Source: Candidatus Aminicenantes bacterium
Lineage (GTDB): Bacteria > Acidobacteriota > Aminicenantia > Aminicenantales > CALLJL01
Reading direction: 5' to 3'
Assembly: GCA_037441905.1 (NCBI GenBank)
Contig: JBBIRF010000003.1
Location: forward strand, 39,690-103,689
DNA length: 64,000 nucleotides
Shown here in pieces: positions 1 through 9,534 of this stretch. Below the pieces are notes generated by a model that saw only the letters and a list, made by a program, of their open reading frames with translations, was not told the origin of the DNA and ran no database searches. The translations under genes were made by a program, and so were the position numbers. Positions within the stretch are counted from its first letter, which is position 1, and each line of letters opens with the position of its first letter.

Positions 1-926
1 CGCCCGCCTGGCCCCAAGAAGGAAAGGTTCCGGTTTCGGCTCGCAAAAGCGTGGATTTCTCGGCCTTTGCTCAGGTGAGGTATACTCATTATTCCCAGGA
101 AGGGACTGATACTTTTGCCCTGAGACGGGTCAGGCTGAGTTTCGGGGCAGCCATCCTCGATGACCTTGATTTCAAGGTTCAGTTAGAGCAAACCAAGCAA
201 GCGAGCTTGGTTGAAGCTTACTTGAGTTTTCATCTTGGCCGCTGGGCTGAAATCCGGGCAGGACAGTTCAAGATTCCCTTCAGTTATGAGAATCTAAAAT
301 CGGCCTCGGAGCAGGATTTTATCAATCGTTCGGCTGTCGTCGAGAATCTTTGCCCGGGAAGGGATATCGGGGCGCAAGGAAGAGATATCGGCGCCATAGG
401 CCAGCTTCGCTCGTCTGTTTTTGAGGCTACGTTCGGGCTGTTCAACGGTTCAGGCATCAACCGGTTGGATAATGATGACCACAAAGATAAGGCCTTTCGC
501 CTGACTTTAAGCCCGTGGCGAAGCCTGACTGTTGGCGGTTCGTGGTATGAAGGGTTATGGCCTGAAAGAGACCCCTCTGGCTCAAGACTCCGGCGCCGCC
601 GCGGGGTTGAAGGACAATGGCGGACTAATTCATTGACCTTGGCGGCCGAGTACATCGCTGCGGTCAATTATGACCAGGAAGCCGAAGGGTGGGTGGTTCA
701 GGTATCCCTCTTGTTCCGGCAGGGGCAAATCCAGCCTGTCTTCCGTTTTGAATCTCTCGACCGGGATAAAGCTCTTCCGGATGATGAAGAAAAAGTGTTG
801 ACTTACGGAATTAATATTCATTTAGCTCCCCGGACAAAGCTGCAGTTCAACCTCGAGTCACACCGTCCTCAAGGAGAAAAGAAAAGGCAAAATGTTTATT
901 TATTCCAGTTTCAAATCGGGTTTTAA
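1..926 (+). CDS. Phosphate-selective outer-membrane porin (OprO/OprP family), 5'-truncated by window edge; reading frame open to position 3
   Basis: Beta-barrel-like alternating hydrophobic pattern, C-terminal ...FQFQIGF with terminal Phe typical of OM beta-barrels; immediately upstream of pstSCAB; no stop in-frame back to window start. Confidence 0.55.
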   Translation, partial: PAWPQEGKVPVSARKSVDFSAFAQVRYTHYSQEGTDTFALRRVRLSFGAAILDDLDFKVQLEQTKQASLVEAYLSFHLGRWAEIRAGQFKIPFSYENLKSASEQDFINRSAVVENLCPGRDIGAQGRDIGAIGQLRSSVFEATFGLFNGSGINRLDNDDHKDKAFRLTLSPWRSLTVGGSWYEGLWPERDPSGSRLRRRRGVEGQWRTNSLTLAAEYIAAVNYDQEAEGWVVQVSLLFRQGQIQPVFRFESLDRDKALPDDEEKVLTYGINIHLAPRTKLQFNLESHRPQGEKKRQNVYLFQFQIGF

Positions 927-976
927 AAAAATGCAGTCGGGTAGGTCCGGCAAATGGTTATGAGGGGAAGAATAAA

Positions 977-1966
977 TTGATAAGAAAAAGACTCGTCGTC
1001 TTAACCCTTATTCTCTGTGCGGCCGGGACATGGGTTTTTCTCGTCCTGTTCTGCCCGTTTCCAGTCGCAAGTCAGGCTAATTTTCTTGAGGGGCGGATTA
1101 CCATTTCTGGTGCCTGGGCTCTTTATCCCCTGGTGGTTCGGTGGGCCGAAGAATTTAAAAAGATTCAACCAAGGGTAAGGGTGGACGTCCAGGCAGGCGG
1201 CGCTGGAAAAGGGATGGCTGATATCCTTGCCGGCGCGGCTGACTTGGCCATGGTTTCCAGGGACTTACACCCGGAGGAAATGAAGAAAGGCGCGGTAGCC
1301 TGGCCAGTGGCCAAAGACGCGGTGGTCGCCGTTGTTTCCGCTCGCAATCCCTATCTCCAGAGGCTTCTCGGCCGCGGGCTAACCCGGCAAGAGCTCAAAG
1401 CCCTCTGGGTCGACGGGACGCTAACCTCGTGGAACAGTCTGCTCGAGCTAAAGGAAAAAGCGCCAGTGCACGTTTATACCCGCTCTGACGCCTGCGGCGC
1501 GGCCGAAACCTGGGCTTCCTTCTTGGATGCCCGCCAGGAAGACCTCAAGGGAACTGGAGTCTACGGCGACCCTGGGATAGCCGAAGCTGTCCGAAGGGAC
1601 CCGCTCGGAATCGGTTATAACAACCTTAATTTTGCCTACGACCCGAAAACTTTACTTCCGGTAAAAGGGTTAATCGTCCTGCCGCTTGACCTGAATGATA
1701 ACGGGAAGGTTGACCCGGAAGAGGCTTTTGTAGCCCGGCGGTCAGACCTGACCAGGGCGATTCAACAAGGAAAATACCCTTCGCCGCCGGCAAGAGACCT
1801 TTATCTGGTTACTCGCGGAAAGCCGAGTTCGCCCCAAGTTGTCGGGTTTTTGCGTTATGTGCTTGGACCGGGCCAGGAGCTGGTAGAAGATGCCGGTTAT
1901 GTCCGGATATCCCCGGAGGTTCTGGATGAGGCTAAACGCCTTCTTGAAAGTGAGCGCAAGAATTAA
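977..1966 (+). CDS. pstS: Phosphate ABC transporter substrate-binding protein PstS
   Basis: N-terminal signal/TM segment, PBP-like motifs (AGGAGKG...SRDL), first gene of pstSCAB operon. Confidence 0.8.
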   Translation: MIRKRLVVLTLILCAAGTWVFLVLFCPFPVASQANFLEGRITISGAWALYPLVVRWAEEFKKIQPRVRVDVQAGGAGKGMADILAGAADLAMVSRDLHPEEMKKGAVAWPVAKDAVVAVVSARNPYLQRLLGRGLTRQELKALWVDGTLTSWNSLLELKEKAPVHVYTRSDACGAAETWASFLDARQEDLKGTGVYGDPGIAEAVRRDPLGIGYNNLNFAYDPKTLLPVKGLIVLPLDLNDNGKVDPEEAFVARRSDLTRAIQQGKYPSPPARDLYLVTRGKPSSPQVVGFLRYVLGPGQELVEDAGYVRISPEVLDEAKRLLESERKN

Positions 1967-2135
1967 GGGGCGAAATCGAGCCCTGGAATTTTGAATTTCT
2001 TGAGGTTGAGCTTGAACCAGAAAACAGGTCTTTTCATGAGGCTAAAAGCCTTGCCAGACCACAGGAAAAAGAAATTAGTCGGAAGAAGCAGGTTTTGAGC
2101 AAAAGCTAAAAGCAATAAAAACAAAAAGGACCTCA

Positions 2136-3035
2136 ATGCCCCTCGGTCTTAACCGCCTGAAGCGAGAGTCGCTCGCCGGAAAAATAATCAAATGGATGGC
2201 CACGTTTCCGTTGTTCTTAACAGTTTTTATGCTTTTCGGGCTTGTTTCGAGGTCGAGGGGGCTTGTTCTCTCCCGCTCGCTGACTGAGACTCTGTTGTCC
2301 ACCACCTGGGCGCCGCTCAAAGGGAATTTTGGCCTGTGGCCTTTTATCATGGGAACCGTCTGGGTTACCGCCATCGCCATTGTTTTGGCCGCTCCGCTTT
2401 CGTTGCTCGTGGCCATCTTTCTTTCGGAGTATGCGCCGGCCAAATGGCGCGAAGCCGCCAAACCGATGATCGACCTTCTGGCAGGCCTGCCTTCGGTAAT
2501 CTACGGAGTCTGGGGCGTTTTGGTAATAGTGCCGTTTGTGGGAAGGGTAATAGCCCCGGCCTTTAAATCCACCTCGACCGGTTATAGCGTTCTCGCCGGC
2601 GGAATTGTCTTGGCTATTATGATTTTTCCCACGATTGTCCATGTAATTCTCGAGGTTTTCCGGGCTATCCCGGCGGCTATGCGGGAAGCTTCGCTCTCGC
2701 TGGGAGCGACCAGGTGGGAGACGGTAAAATACGTTCTCCTCAGGAAGGGAGCTTCTGGAATATTAGCCGCTTATGTTCTCGGAGTTTCACGAGCGTTGGG
2801 CGAGACCATGGCCGTCCTCATGGTGGTGGGCAATGTCGCCAAGGTTCCCCGGTCTCTTTTTTCCGGAGGGTATCCACTCCCAGCACTGATCGCTAATAAT
2901 TACGGCGAAATGATGTCGATCCCTCTTTATGATTCCGCCTTAATGCTGGCTGCGGCTATCCTGTTTTGTCTGGTTCTTGGTTTTAACGTTCTGGCCAGGT
3001 TTATCCTGGTCCGGATGGAGAGGCGGGTGGGATGA
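2136..3035 (+). CDS. pstC: Phosphate ABC transporter permease PstC
   Basis: Multi-TM permease with ABC 'EAA'-like loop (REASLSLGATRWE), operon position. Confidence 0.85.
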   Translation: MPLGLNRLKRESLAGKIIKWMATFPLFLTVFMLFGLVSRSRGLVLSRSLTETLLSTTWAPLKGNFGLWPFIMGTVWVTAIAIVLAAPLSLLVAIFLSEYAPAKWREAAKPMIDLLAGLPSVIYGVWGVLVIVPFVGRVIAPAFKSTSTGYSVLAGGIVLAIMIFPTIVHVILEVFRAIPAAMREASLSLGATRWETVKYVLLRKGASGILAAYVLGVSRALGETMAVLMVVGNVAKVPRSLFSGGYPLPALIANNYGEMMSIPLYDSALMLAAAILFCLVLGFNVLARFILVRMERRVG

Positions 3036-3883
3036 GCTGGCGCCACGTCGAAGAAAAAATTTTCCGGCTGATGATGGCAGCCGCAACGGTCGTGGCTTGC
3101 CTTGTTCTTGTTTTTATCGTCGGCGTCGTCCTCTTTAAGGGAATCGGAGCTCTGAGCTGGGAGATGGTCTTTCGGGGGCCGAAGGGCGGCTATTATCTTG
3201 GCGGGGAAGGCGGCATCCTTAACGCCATTCTCGGCTCGCTCGAGCTCGCCGGCGGGGCAACTTTCCTGGCGTTTTTCTTGAGCTTACCCGTGGCTTTTTA
3301 TCTCAACTATTTTTCTCCGCCTCGTTCTATCTTTGCTAACGTTGCCCGTTTGGCTCTCGATGTCCTCTGGGGAGTGCCGTCTATCGTTTATGGGGCCTTC
3401 GGGTTTCTTTTGATGATGCTTGTTGGCTTACGTGCTTCCCTCCTTGCGGGGATTGGCACTTTATCCTTGCTGGAAATTCCGGTCATGACTCGGGCTATGG
3501 ATGAAGTTCTCCGGCTGGTGCCCCGAGATTTGCTCGAGGCTTCCTATTCGCTCGGCGCCACGAGGTTAGAGACAGCCTCGAAGGTAGTGTTGCGGCAGGT
3601 TTTGCCCGGAGTCGTGACGGCGGTGTTGCTTGCTTTTGGCCGGGGGGTGGGAGATGCTGCCTCGGTCTTACTCACCGCTGGCTATACTGATAACATTGCC
3701 ACTTCCCTTTTCCAGCCGGTAGCTTCCCTTCCGTTGGCCATCTTCTTTCAGCTGGGAACTCCTTATCCCGAGGTGCAGCAAAGAGCTTATGCCGCCGCTA
3801 TCCTCTTGACCTTGCTCATCCTGGCCATTAGTCTGTTGACGCGAGGGCTTACCCGTCGCTATTCGCGACATATCGTCCGCTGA
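3032..3883 (+). CDS. pstA: Phosphate ABC transporter permease PstA
   Basis: Multi-TM permease, LEASYSLGATRLE motif, 4-nt overlap with pstC. Confidence 0.85.
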   Translation: MSWRHVEEKIFRLMMAAATVVACLVLVFIVGVVLFKGIGALSWEMVFRGPKGGYYLGGEGGILNAILGSLELAGGATFLAFFLSLPVAFYLNYFSPPRSIFANVARLALDVLWGVPSIVYGAFGFLLMMLVGLRASLLAGIGTLSLLEIPVMTRAMDEVLRLVPRDLLEASYSLGATRLETASKVVLRQVLPGVVTAVLLAFGRGVGDAASVLLTAGYTDNIATSLFQPVASLPLAIFFQLGTPYPEVQQRAYAAAILLTLLILAISLLTRGLTRRYSRHIVR

Positions 3884-3890
3884 GGGTAGA

Positions 3891-4664
3891 ATGATTAAAC
3901 AAACCGACTGGCGCTATCACATCAGCTTGCGGGGTCTGAATGTTTATTATGGCTCCCAGCATGTGCTTAAAAACATTAACCTGGATATCCCGGACCGTCA
4001 GATTACGGTAATCATCGGCCCATCAGGCTGTGGCAAAACAACCTTACTCAAATCTCTTAATAGGCTACTCGATTCAGCCGAGGGAGTCAGAGTCGAAGGG
4101 CAGGTGCTGGTGGATGGTGAGGATATATATGCTCCCGGAGTTGAGGTGACCAGGATTCGCAAGAAAATGGGCCTCCTTTCGCAACGACCTCAGGTTTTGC
4201 CGATGTCGATTTATGATAACGTGGCTTATGGTCCGCGGATTCACGGGATAAGAGAAAGAAAGAAGCTCGACCGGATAGTCGAACATTACTTGCGCGTCGC
4301 CGGTTTATGGGATGAAGTTAAAGGCCGGTTGTCCGAGCCAGCTTCCCGCCTTTCGGTGGGGCAGCAGCAGCGACTTTGCCTTGCCCGGGGGCTGGCTGTC
4401 GAACCGGAGATTATTCTCGGAGACGAACCGACCTCAGCTCTCGACCCTCAGTCGAGCCAGAATGTCGAGCGTTGCCTGCTCTCGCTTAAGTCGCAATACA
4501 CCGTGCTTGTCGTCACCCACATTCTGCGGCAGGCCAAAAGAATTGCTGATTATATTGTGTTTCTTTACCTGGGAGAGATAGTCGAGCACGGCCCGGCCGA
4601 GGTCGTGTTTAATCAGCCTAAGGACCCGAGAACCCGAGCTTATCTTTCGGGCGAAATAAGCTGA
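3891..4664 (+). CDS. pstB: Phosphate ABC transporter ATP-binding protein PstB
   Basis: Walker A GPSGCGKTT, ABC signature LSVGQQQRL, Walker B ILGDEPTSALD. Confidence 0.9.
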   Translation: MIKQTDWRYHISLRGLNVYYGSQHVLKNINLDIPDRQITVIIGPSGCGKTTLLKSLNRLLDSAEGVRVEGQVLVDGEDIYAPGVEVTRIRKKMGLLSQRPQVLPMSIYDNVAYGPRIHGIRERKKLDRIVEHYLRVAGLWDEVKGRLSEPASRLSVGQQQRLCLARGLAVEPEIILGDEPTSALDPQSSQNVERCLLSLKSQYTVLVVTHILRQAKRIADYIVFLYLGEIVEHGPAEVVFNQPKDPRTRAYLSGEIS

Positions 4665-4734
4665 GTTTTTCGGCCGCCCAAGTTTTTTCAGCCGACCGGC
4701 TAACCCTGATTTCCTTAGGCCACGCGACTTACTT

Positions 4735-7635
4735 TCAGCGGAGGTTTCTGAGAAAAGAAGTGAAATTAATTTCGTTAGCCTCGAGGCCGTATTGATAGAC
4801 ATACCGGCTGGCCAGGTGCGAGGCGAAAAGTGCCCGGAGATAGTTCGGAGGTAGACGCCGCAGCAGGCGCTCAAAACCGACTTTCTTTACCAGGACGGAA
4901 GGGATGCAACAGGAAGTCACCCGGCGAAAAAGGTCTTTGTCCAGGTGGAGGTCGGAGTTGCTGATGGCATCCTTGACTTGAATGATTTTTTCGCTGATCA
5001 TATCGGACAAAACAGAACGAGGGATGCCCCGCTTTTCGTTTTCCTGCCAGATGATGGCCCATTCCTGCCGGGCGTTGGCCCTGATAACTTCGAGAATCTC
5101 GTCTATATAGGCCTTCCGGAAGGCAGAGATTTTCCCGTCGCGGACGCACATCAGTTCTTCATACTCCTTGTCGCTCAGAGCCAGGCTCGCGAGTACCTCG
5201 AGCGAGGATGAAGTTACGCCCCCTTTATTGGCCGAGGCATCTTTATAAATAATGACCCCGTGCTCTTCCAGTCGGAGCCGCGCCTGCTGGGTGAAGAAGA
5301 GGTTAGCTCCCTCGACAATAATCCGGAAGCGGGGTTTGCCTTTTTCGTCCACCAGGGCTTGCCAGTTGTTGATGTTGACCGCGGCCGGCCGGCCGCCGCA
5401 GGGAACAAAAAGGTCGGCCTTGAACTTGGGGTGAAGATGGAACGAATTGCGGAATTCCAGCCCGCTCGAGACCTTCTCGCCGTCAGGAAGAGTGACATCC
5501 CTGTCCTTAGTTGTCACTAAGAAACCTTCAGGTGAAAGGAACTGACGCCGGAAAAATTCCACTGGCTTCCGCAACCGGGCAAGACGCCGCAGCTCCTTCC
5601 GGTTAATCCCTTGAGGGTCGTAGAGGACGCCGGAGCCGTCCACAATGGCTATGATTCTGTCTTTGGAGATAAGAATTTCGTTGCTGCCTAAATCACCGTC
5701 GGGGCCGCCCGTCATCACCTTGGTTATGTTTTCTTCCTTGAGGCCGAGTTTCTCGAGGGTGGCCAAGACGTATTCATGGATGGAGTTAGTTGTCATCCCG
5801 TAAAGGTCGTGCGGGATTCCACCCATAGAGACAGGTTTGCCGGTGGAAAACGAACGCCAATACCGGTAGCCTCTTACTCTTGCCCTTTCGGCCGCCCAGG
5901 CCATGAGTCCGGCGGTGCCTTCGTCCGGGCCGATAAAAAGAATAATCGGGCGCTGGAAATGGTCGACAGTTTCCTTCGCGGGGAGCATCAGGTCGAGAAG
6001 GCCATCAATGTATTTCTTGAAGGCCACCTCTCCATAGTCCATGAACCCCCAGTTAAGGAGGATGGTTCCTTTAGACCCGCCTTCTGGAATATCCTTGTTT
6101 TTTCTCTGCTGGGTCGAGGCCAGGTTATAGTTCTCGTCGAAAATAAAATCCGAGTTATGCAAATAATTTTGCAAGGTGTTCGAGCGGACAATCCTGATTC
6201 CCCCGCGGGCAATATCGCGGAAGCGGACGTGGAAACCGCGCATTTCGGCTGAGATTACATGGATAATGGAATACGGTTTTTCCGGATAATCTATCGGGTT
6301 TAAGAACCGAGGGTCGTAAAGAAAGGAAAGCGAGGTCTTTTCGCGCCAATAAAAATTTGTCTTAAGACAAACGCTGATAAACAGGGCGGCAGCCAGGACA
6401 ATCTGACGGTCGATTTCGACGGGAACCTCCCGCTGGATTTCCTGCTTCAGGGTTTCTAAGTCAGCCTGAATATCGTGGTCCGAAAATTCGGGGTTAAACT
6501 TGCGGTCAAAAAGGACAAAAAGTTTTTTCAAGAAGGGATAATATTGGAGATAGGCGTCCCAGACTCGTTGTTCATGGTAGGTGTCTTTAACCAGCTTGGT
6601 CCTGAGATTCCGGAGAACTCCCAGGAGCTCAGGCGAGTCTTTTAAGGCCTCGGCCACCCGCAGATACTCCTCGTTGAACCCGGTCAGGAATTGGTGGGCA
6701 AAACTCCAGGCAGCCACGCCGAACACTGTTTCCTGGGCGGTCAGCTTTCCCTCCCGGAAAAGTTCGGCCAGGGGAGAGTCGGGGATGACGTAGAGAAGAG
6801 AAATGTCCTGGATGATGTCCTGGAGCAAGGCTTTATCTTCGATGGCCGGGAGGTAGAAGGAATAGGCGGTTCGGCCGTTAGCGAACTGCTCAATGTACTT
6901 GCGGGAGGATACCAACCCATGCGAGTTGAAGACGTCGGAAACATTAGAAAAGAAGCGCTGGCTGCTGTCTTTTTTAGTGACGACGGTTATTCTTGTTTCT
7001 CCGGTCCGGGCGACCGAAGAAACTTCGATATACGGGCTTTCCCAGTCCCTGGTCAGTTTCAATAATCGCTGGTATCTTTTTTTTGTTTCTTCCGGCGAAG
7101 TGGCCAGGAAATTAATGTCGCCGACCAAATTGATGTCTGTTTCCGAAGGCGAAACCTCGTTGTTTTTAAACCGCGGCCGACAGGCGACATACATCCGGAG
7201 ATAACCAAGATTGGTGGCTTTATGCTGAGTTCGGTAACATTGAAGACGGCAATGAGGGTATCTTTGCTCGATACGGCGTTCGATTTCCAGGGCCCGGCTA
7301 TGGACATCGTCAACTAAATAGACAGCGTGGTCCTCCTGCTCGGTGCTGAGGTCGATGCGGACTGATTTTTTCTCGCCGATGGTAGCGATGATTTCAGCGG
7401 CTTTAATTGCCTGGATATGGTCAGCCATTGTTTTGAGGGGGGTAGTCCGGAAGTAATATTCGTTCATCCCCAAGCGAGAGCAGAACCAATCGACCTCTTC
7501 CCGGACTGTTTCGGGAGAATACTGGCCTTTTTCCAGGATTAGTTTTTCCAGCTGAGCCAGCTGTTTTTCCGTCAAGACCGAACGGCTGGCGATTTCCGCT
7601 AAGGTTTTCATTTTATCCTCCTCCGAAAACCACAT
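4735..7635 (-). CDS. Large (~110 kDa class) NAD-specific glutamate dehydrogenase-like protein
   Basis: 966 aa; GGSKG catalytic-Lys glycine-rich motif (PEGGSKGTILL), GPDEGT and TGGPDGDLGSNEI dinucleotide-binding-like motifs; no PEP-utilising motifs. Confidence 0.45.
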   Translation of the reverse strand: MWFSEEDKMKTLAEIASRSVLTEKQLAQLEKLILEKGQYSPETVREEVDWFCSRLGMNEYYFRTTPLKTMADHIQAIKAAEIIATIGEKKSVRIDLSTEQEDHAVYLVDDVHSRALEIERRIEQRYPHCRLQCYRTQHKATNLGYLRMYVACRPRFKNNEVSPSETDINLVGDINFLATSPEETKKRYQRLLKLTRDWESPYIEVSSVARTGETRITVVTKKDSSQRFFSNVSDVFNSHGLVSSRKYIEQFANGRTAYSFYLPAIEDKALLQDIIQDISLLYVIPDSPLAELFREGKLTAQETVFGVAAWSFAHQFLTGFNEEYLRVAEALKDSPELLGVLRNLRTKLVKDTYHEQRVWDAYLQYYPFLKKLFVLFDRKFNPEFSDHDIQADLETLKQEIQREVPVEIDRQIVLAAALFISVCLKTNFYWREKTSLSFLYDPRFLNPIDYPEKPYSIIHVISAEMRGFHVRFRDIARGGIRIVRSNTLQNYLHNSDFIFDENYNLASTQQRKNKDIPEGGSKGTILLNWGFMDYGEVAFKKYIDGLLDLMLPAKETVDHFQRPIILFIGPDEGTAGLMAWAAERARVRGYRYWRSFSTGKPVSMGGIPHDLYGMTTNSIHEYVLATLEKLGLKEENITKVMTGGPDGDLGSNEILISKDRIIAIVDGSGVLYDPQGINRKELRRLARLRKPVEFFRRQFLSPEGFLVTTKDRDVTLPDGEKVSSGLEFRNSFHLHPKFKADLFVPCGGRPAAVNINNWQALVDEKGKPRFRIIVEGANLFFTQQARLRLEEHGVIIYKDASANKGGVTSSSLEVLASLALSDKEYEELMCVRDGKISAFRKAYIDEILEVIRANARQEWAIIWQENEKRGIPRSVLSDMISEKIIQVKDAISNSDLHLDKDLFRRVTSCCIPSVLVKKVGFERLLRRLPPNYLRALFASHLASRYVYQYGLEANEINFTSFLRNLR

Positions 7636-7766
7636 TTTACCACAGGAAAAACCTGATTTCTTTCTTTATTCAGATTCAGCCCTCTTTTAATCACTCCAGG
7701 GAAATTTTTTTTCCTGAATTTTCTTAGTGGCCGTTTGCTTTTTGAAGCAGTAGCTATTTAAGAATG

Positions 7767-7797
7767 GGGAGAAAATTCCCCGGGAAAGGGGAAATTT
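7767..7797 (+). promoter_or_regulatory. Candidate enhancer/UAS: GGGGAGAAAATTCCCCGGGAAAGGGGAAATTT (GAAAATTCCCC / GGGGAAATTT inverted halves)
   Basis: Imperfect palindrome about 110-135 bp upstream of sigma-54 promoter; same GGGGAA/TTCCCC motif recurs upstream of hydB sigma-54 promoter. Confidence 0.4.
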
Positions 7798-7902
7798 ACC
7801 TCATAGGGCCGTCTGATTTTTCAGGCCAAACTCCCAGGGCGTTTTGTTTATTTATTTTCAGCTATTTAGCCTAAGAAAAGACAAATCAAAAACAGAGAAA
7901 AT

Positions 7903-7917
7903 TGGCACCTTTTTTGC
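7903..7917 (+). promoter_or_regulatory. Sigma-54 (-24/-12) promoter TGGCAC-N5-TTGC upstream of hdrC copy 1
   Basis: Exact TGGCAC cttttTTGC match with canonical spacing, ~100 nt upstream of hdrC start. Confidence 0.65.
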
Positions 7918-8017
7918 TTTCTTTTAAACCCGGTTAAGACCGCATTTTTCTGTTAAGAGCGTCGGGCGGTCAGTTTCAGTCACCCTTGACCCATCGGGGT
8001 CGAGGAGGAGGTTGTCG

Positions 8018-8647
8018 ATGGCGCTAAAAAATGTTCAGGAGGCGAAGGAAGCCTCTCGTTCTCAGGAACTGCTAAAAACCTTCTGGCTCCAGCTGAGAAA
8101 CATCCCCGGAGGCTTGAAAATCAGACGGTGTTTGCAGTGCGGCACATGCACCGGTTCTTGCCCGGTCAGCCATACGATGGACATTCCGCCCCGTGAAGTT
8201 ATTGCTCTGTTCAGGGCGGGAGAACTGGAGAAGATTCTGCAGTCAAGAACTATCTGGATTTGTGCTTCCTGTTATGCGTGTACCGTTCGCTGCCCTGTTG
8301 GCATCAAGGTAACTGACGTGCTTTATGCCCTCAAGCGGTTGGCCATGGAAAATGATTTATTCCCTCCTCGCTTCCCCGTTCATGCCCTTTCTCGTTCGTT
8401 TGTTTCTTTAGTTAACAAGTTTGGCCGAAGCTATGAGCCTGGGTTGTTGGTTCTTTTTTCCTTGAGGACCAACCCGTTTCGGCTGGTTGGGCTGCTTCCC
8501 CTGGCATGGAAATTGTGGCGGCACGGCCGCATCGGCCTTCTCCCGAAGAAAGTCAAACAGCGGAAAGAATTGGCCGCCATCCTCAAGGAAGCGCAGATAA
8601 TGGAAATGATTATTCCCTGGGAACCAGAGCCGGCGAAAGGTCATTGA
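8018..8647 (+). CDS. hdrC: Heterodisulfide reductase subunit C-like (2x[4Fe-4S])
   Basis: CLQCGTCTGSCP and CASCYACTVRCP motifs; start moved to ATG 8018 behind GAGGAGGAGG RBS. Confidence 0.8.
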   Translation: MALKNVQEAKEASRSQELLKTFWLQLRNIPGGLKIRRCLQCGTCTGSCPVSHTMDIPPREVIALFRAGELEKILQSRTIWICASCYACTVRCPVGIKVTDVLYALKRLAMENDLFPPRFPVHALSRSFVSLVNKFGRSYEPGLLVLFSLRTNPFRLVGLLPLAWKLWRHGRIGLLPKKVKQRKELAAILKEAQIMEMIIPWEPEPAKGH

Positions 8648-8664
8648 GCCGAGAGGAGGAGAAG

Positions 8665-9534
8665 ATGGAATATCTTTATTATCCCGGATGCAGCCTGGAG
8701 TCTTCCGCCAAGGCATACGACCAGGCAACGCGGTGGGTGTTCAAACGACTGGGACTTAACCTCCAGGAGTTGGAGGACTGGAATTGTTGTGGCGCCACGA
8801 TGTACATGTCCATCAAAGAAACCATTTCCTTGGCCTTTTCCGCCCGCAACCTCGCCTTGGCCGAGAAGGTTAACGGCGAAATCGTCGCGCCTTGTAGCTC
8901 ATGTTATACCATCCTTAACAAAACCAACCATGTTCTTCAGGAGAACTTTATCCTTCGGGCTAAGGTTAACCAGTCGCTGAAAAGGGCTGGTTTGGAATAC
9001 AGGGGGAAAGTCAGGGTTCGGCATCCGCTCGACGTCCTGGTGAACGACGTTGGCCTGGAGGCCATCAGGCAAAAAGCCGCTTTTTCCTTAGAAGGAATCC
9101 GCCTGGCGCCCTACTACGGCTGCCAGATTGTCCGGCCGGATGGCTTTTTCGACGACCGAGAAAACCCGATGACGATGGACCGGCTTTTTGCCTCGCTCGG
9201 AGCAACCATCGTTCCCTATCCAGTTAAGCTTCGTTGCTGCGGCGGCATGTTAATGACTACTTTTCCCGAGGTGGCTTTAAGGCTAAACCGGGAGATTATT
9301 GCCGCCGCCGTCGAGGCAAGGGCTGAGGCAATCGTTACCACCTGCCCTCTTTGCCAGATAAACCTTGACGCCTATCAGGATAAAATCAATCGCCTTTTCG
9401 GGACGGAATTCAAGATGCCCGTGTTATTTTTTACCCAGCTCCTGGCTCTGAGTTTGGGAGCTGACCGGTATGTGGCGGGGTGCAAAGAAAACATCGTTCC
9501 GGTACCGGAAAAATTGATTGGAGGGCAAAGATGA
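8665..9534 (+). CDS. hdrB: Heterodisulfide reductase subunit B-like (two CCG domains)
   Basis: NCCGATMY and CCGGMLM CCG-domain motifs; ATG at 8665 with GGAGGAG RBS (ORF-track start 8506 rejected). Confidence 0.8.
   Translation: MEYLYYPGCSLESSAKAYDQATRWVFKRLGLNLQELEDWNCCGATMYMSIKETISLAFSARNLALAEKVNGEIVAPCSSCYTILNKTNHVLQENFILRAKVNQSLKRAGLEYRGKVRVRHPLDVLVNDVGLEAIRQKAAFSLEGIRLAPYYGCQIVRPDGFFDDRENPMTMDRLFASLGATIVPYPVKLRCCGGMLMTTFPEVALRLNREIIAAAVEARAEAIVTTCPLCQINLDAYQDKINRLFGTEFKMPVLFFTQLLALSLGADRYVAGCKENIVPVPEKLIGGQR

Noticed and set aside
2075-2642. Antisense and overlapping small ORFs (for example 2075-2461, 2217-2642; many similar throughout, such as 5214-5498, 11675-12367, 33478-34392, 36653-37261, 44261-44959)
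   Set aside because: These are shadow ORFs inside well-supported genes on the opposite strand or in alternative frames. They have low-complexity Arg/Pro/Ser-rich translations typical of GC-rich antisense frames.
4735-7635. PEP synthase / pyruvate phosphate dikinase assignment for the 966-aa protein (suggested by its size)
   Set aside because: Lacks the phospho-histidine (GGRTSHAAI-type) and PEP-utilising motifs. The Gly-rich Lys motif fits a GDH instead.
8506-8664. N-terminal 53-aa extension of the HdrB ORF (track start 8506) overlapping hdrC
   Set aside because: No homology in the extension. A strong GGAGGAG RBS and ATG at 8665 coincide with the conserved HdrB N-terminus (MEYLYYPGC) and the hdrC stop.
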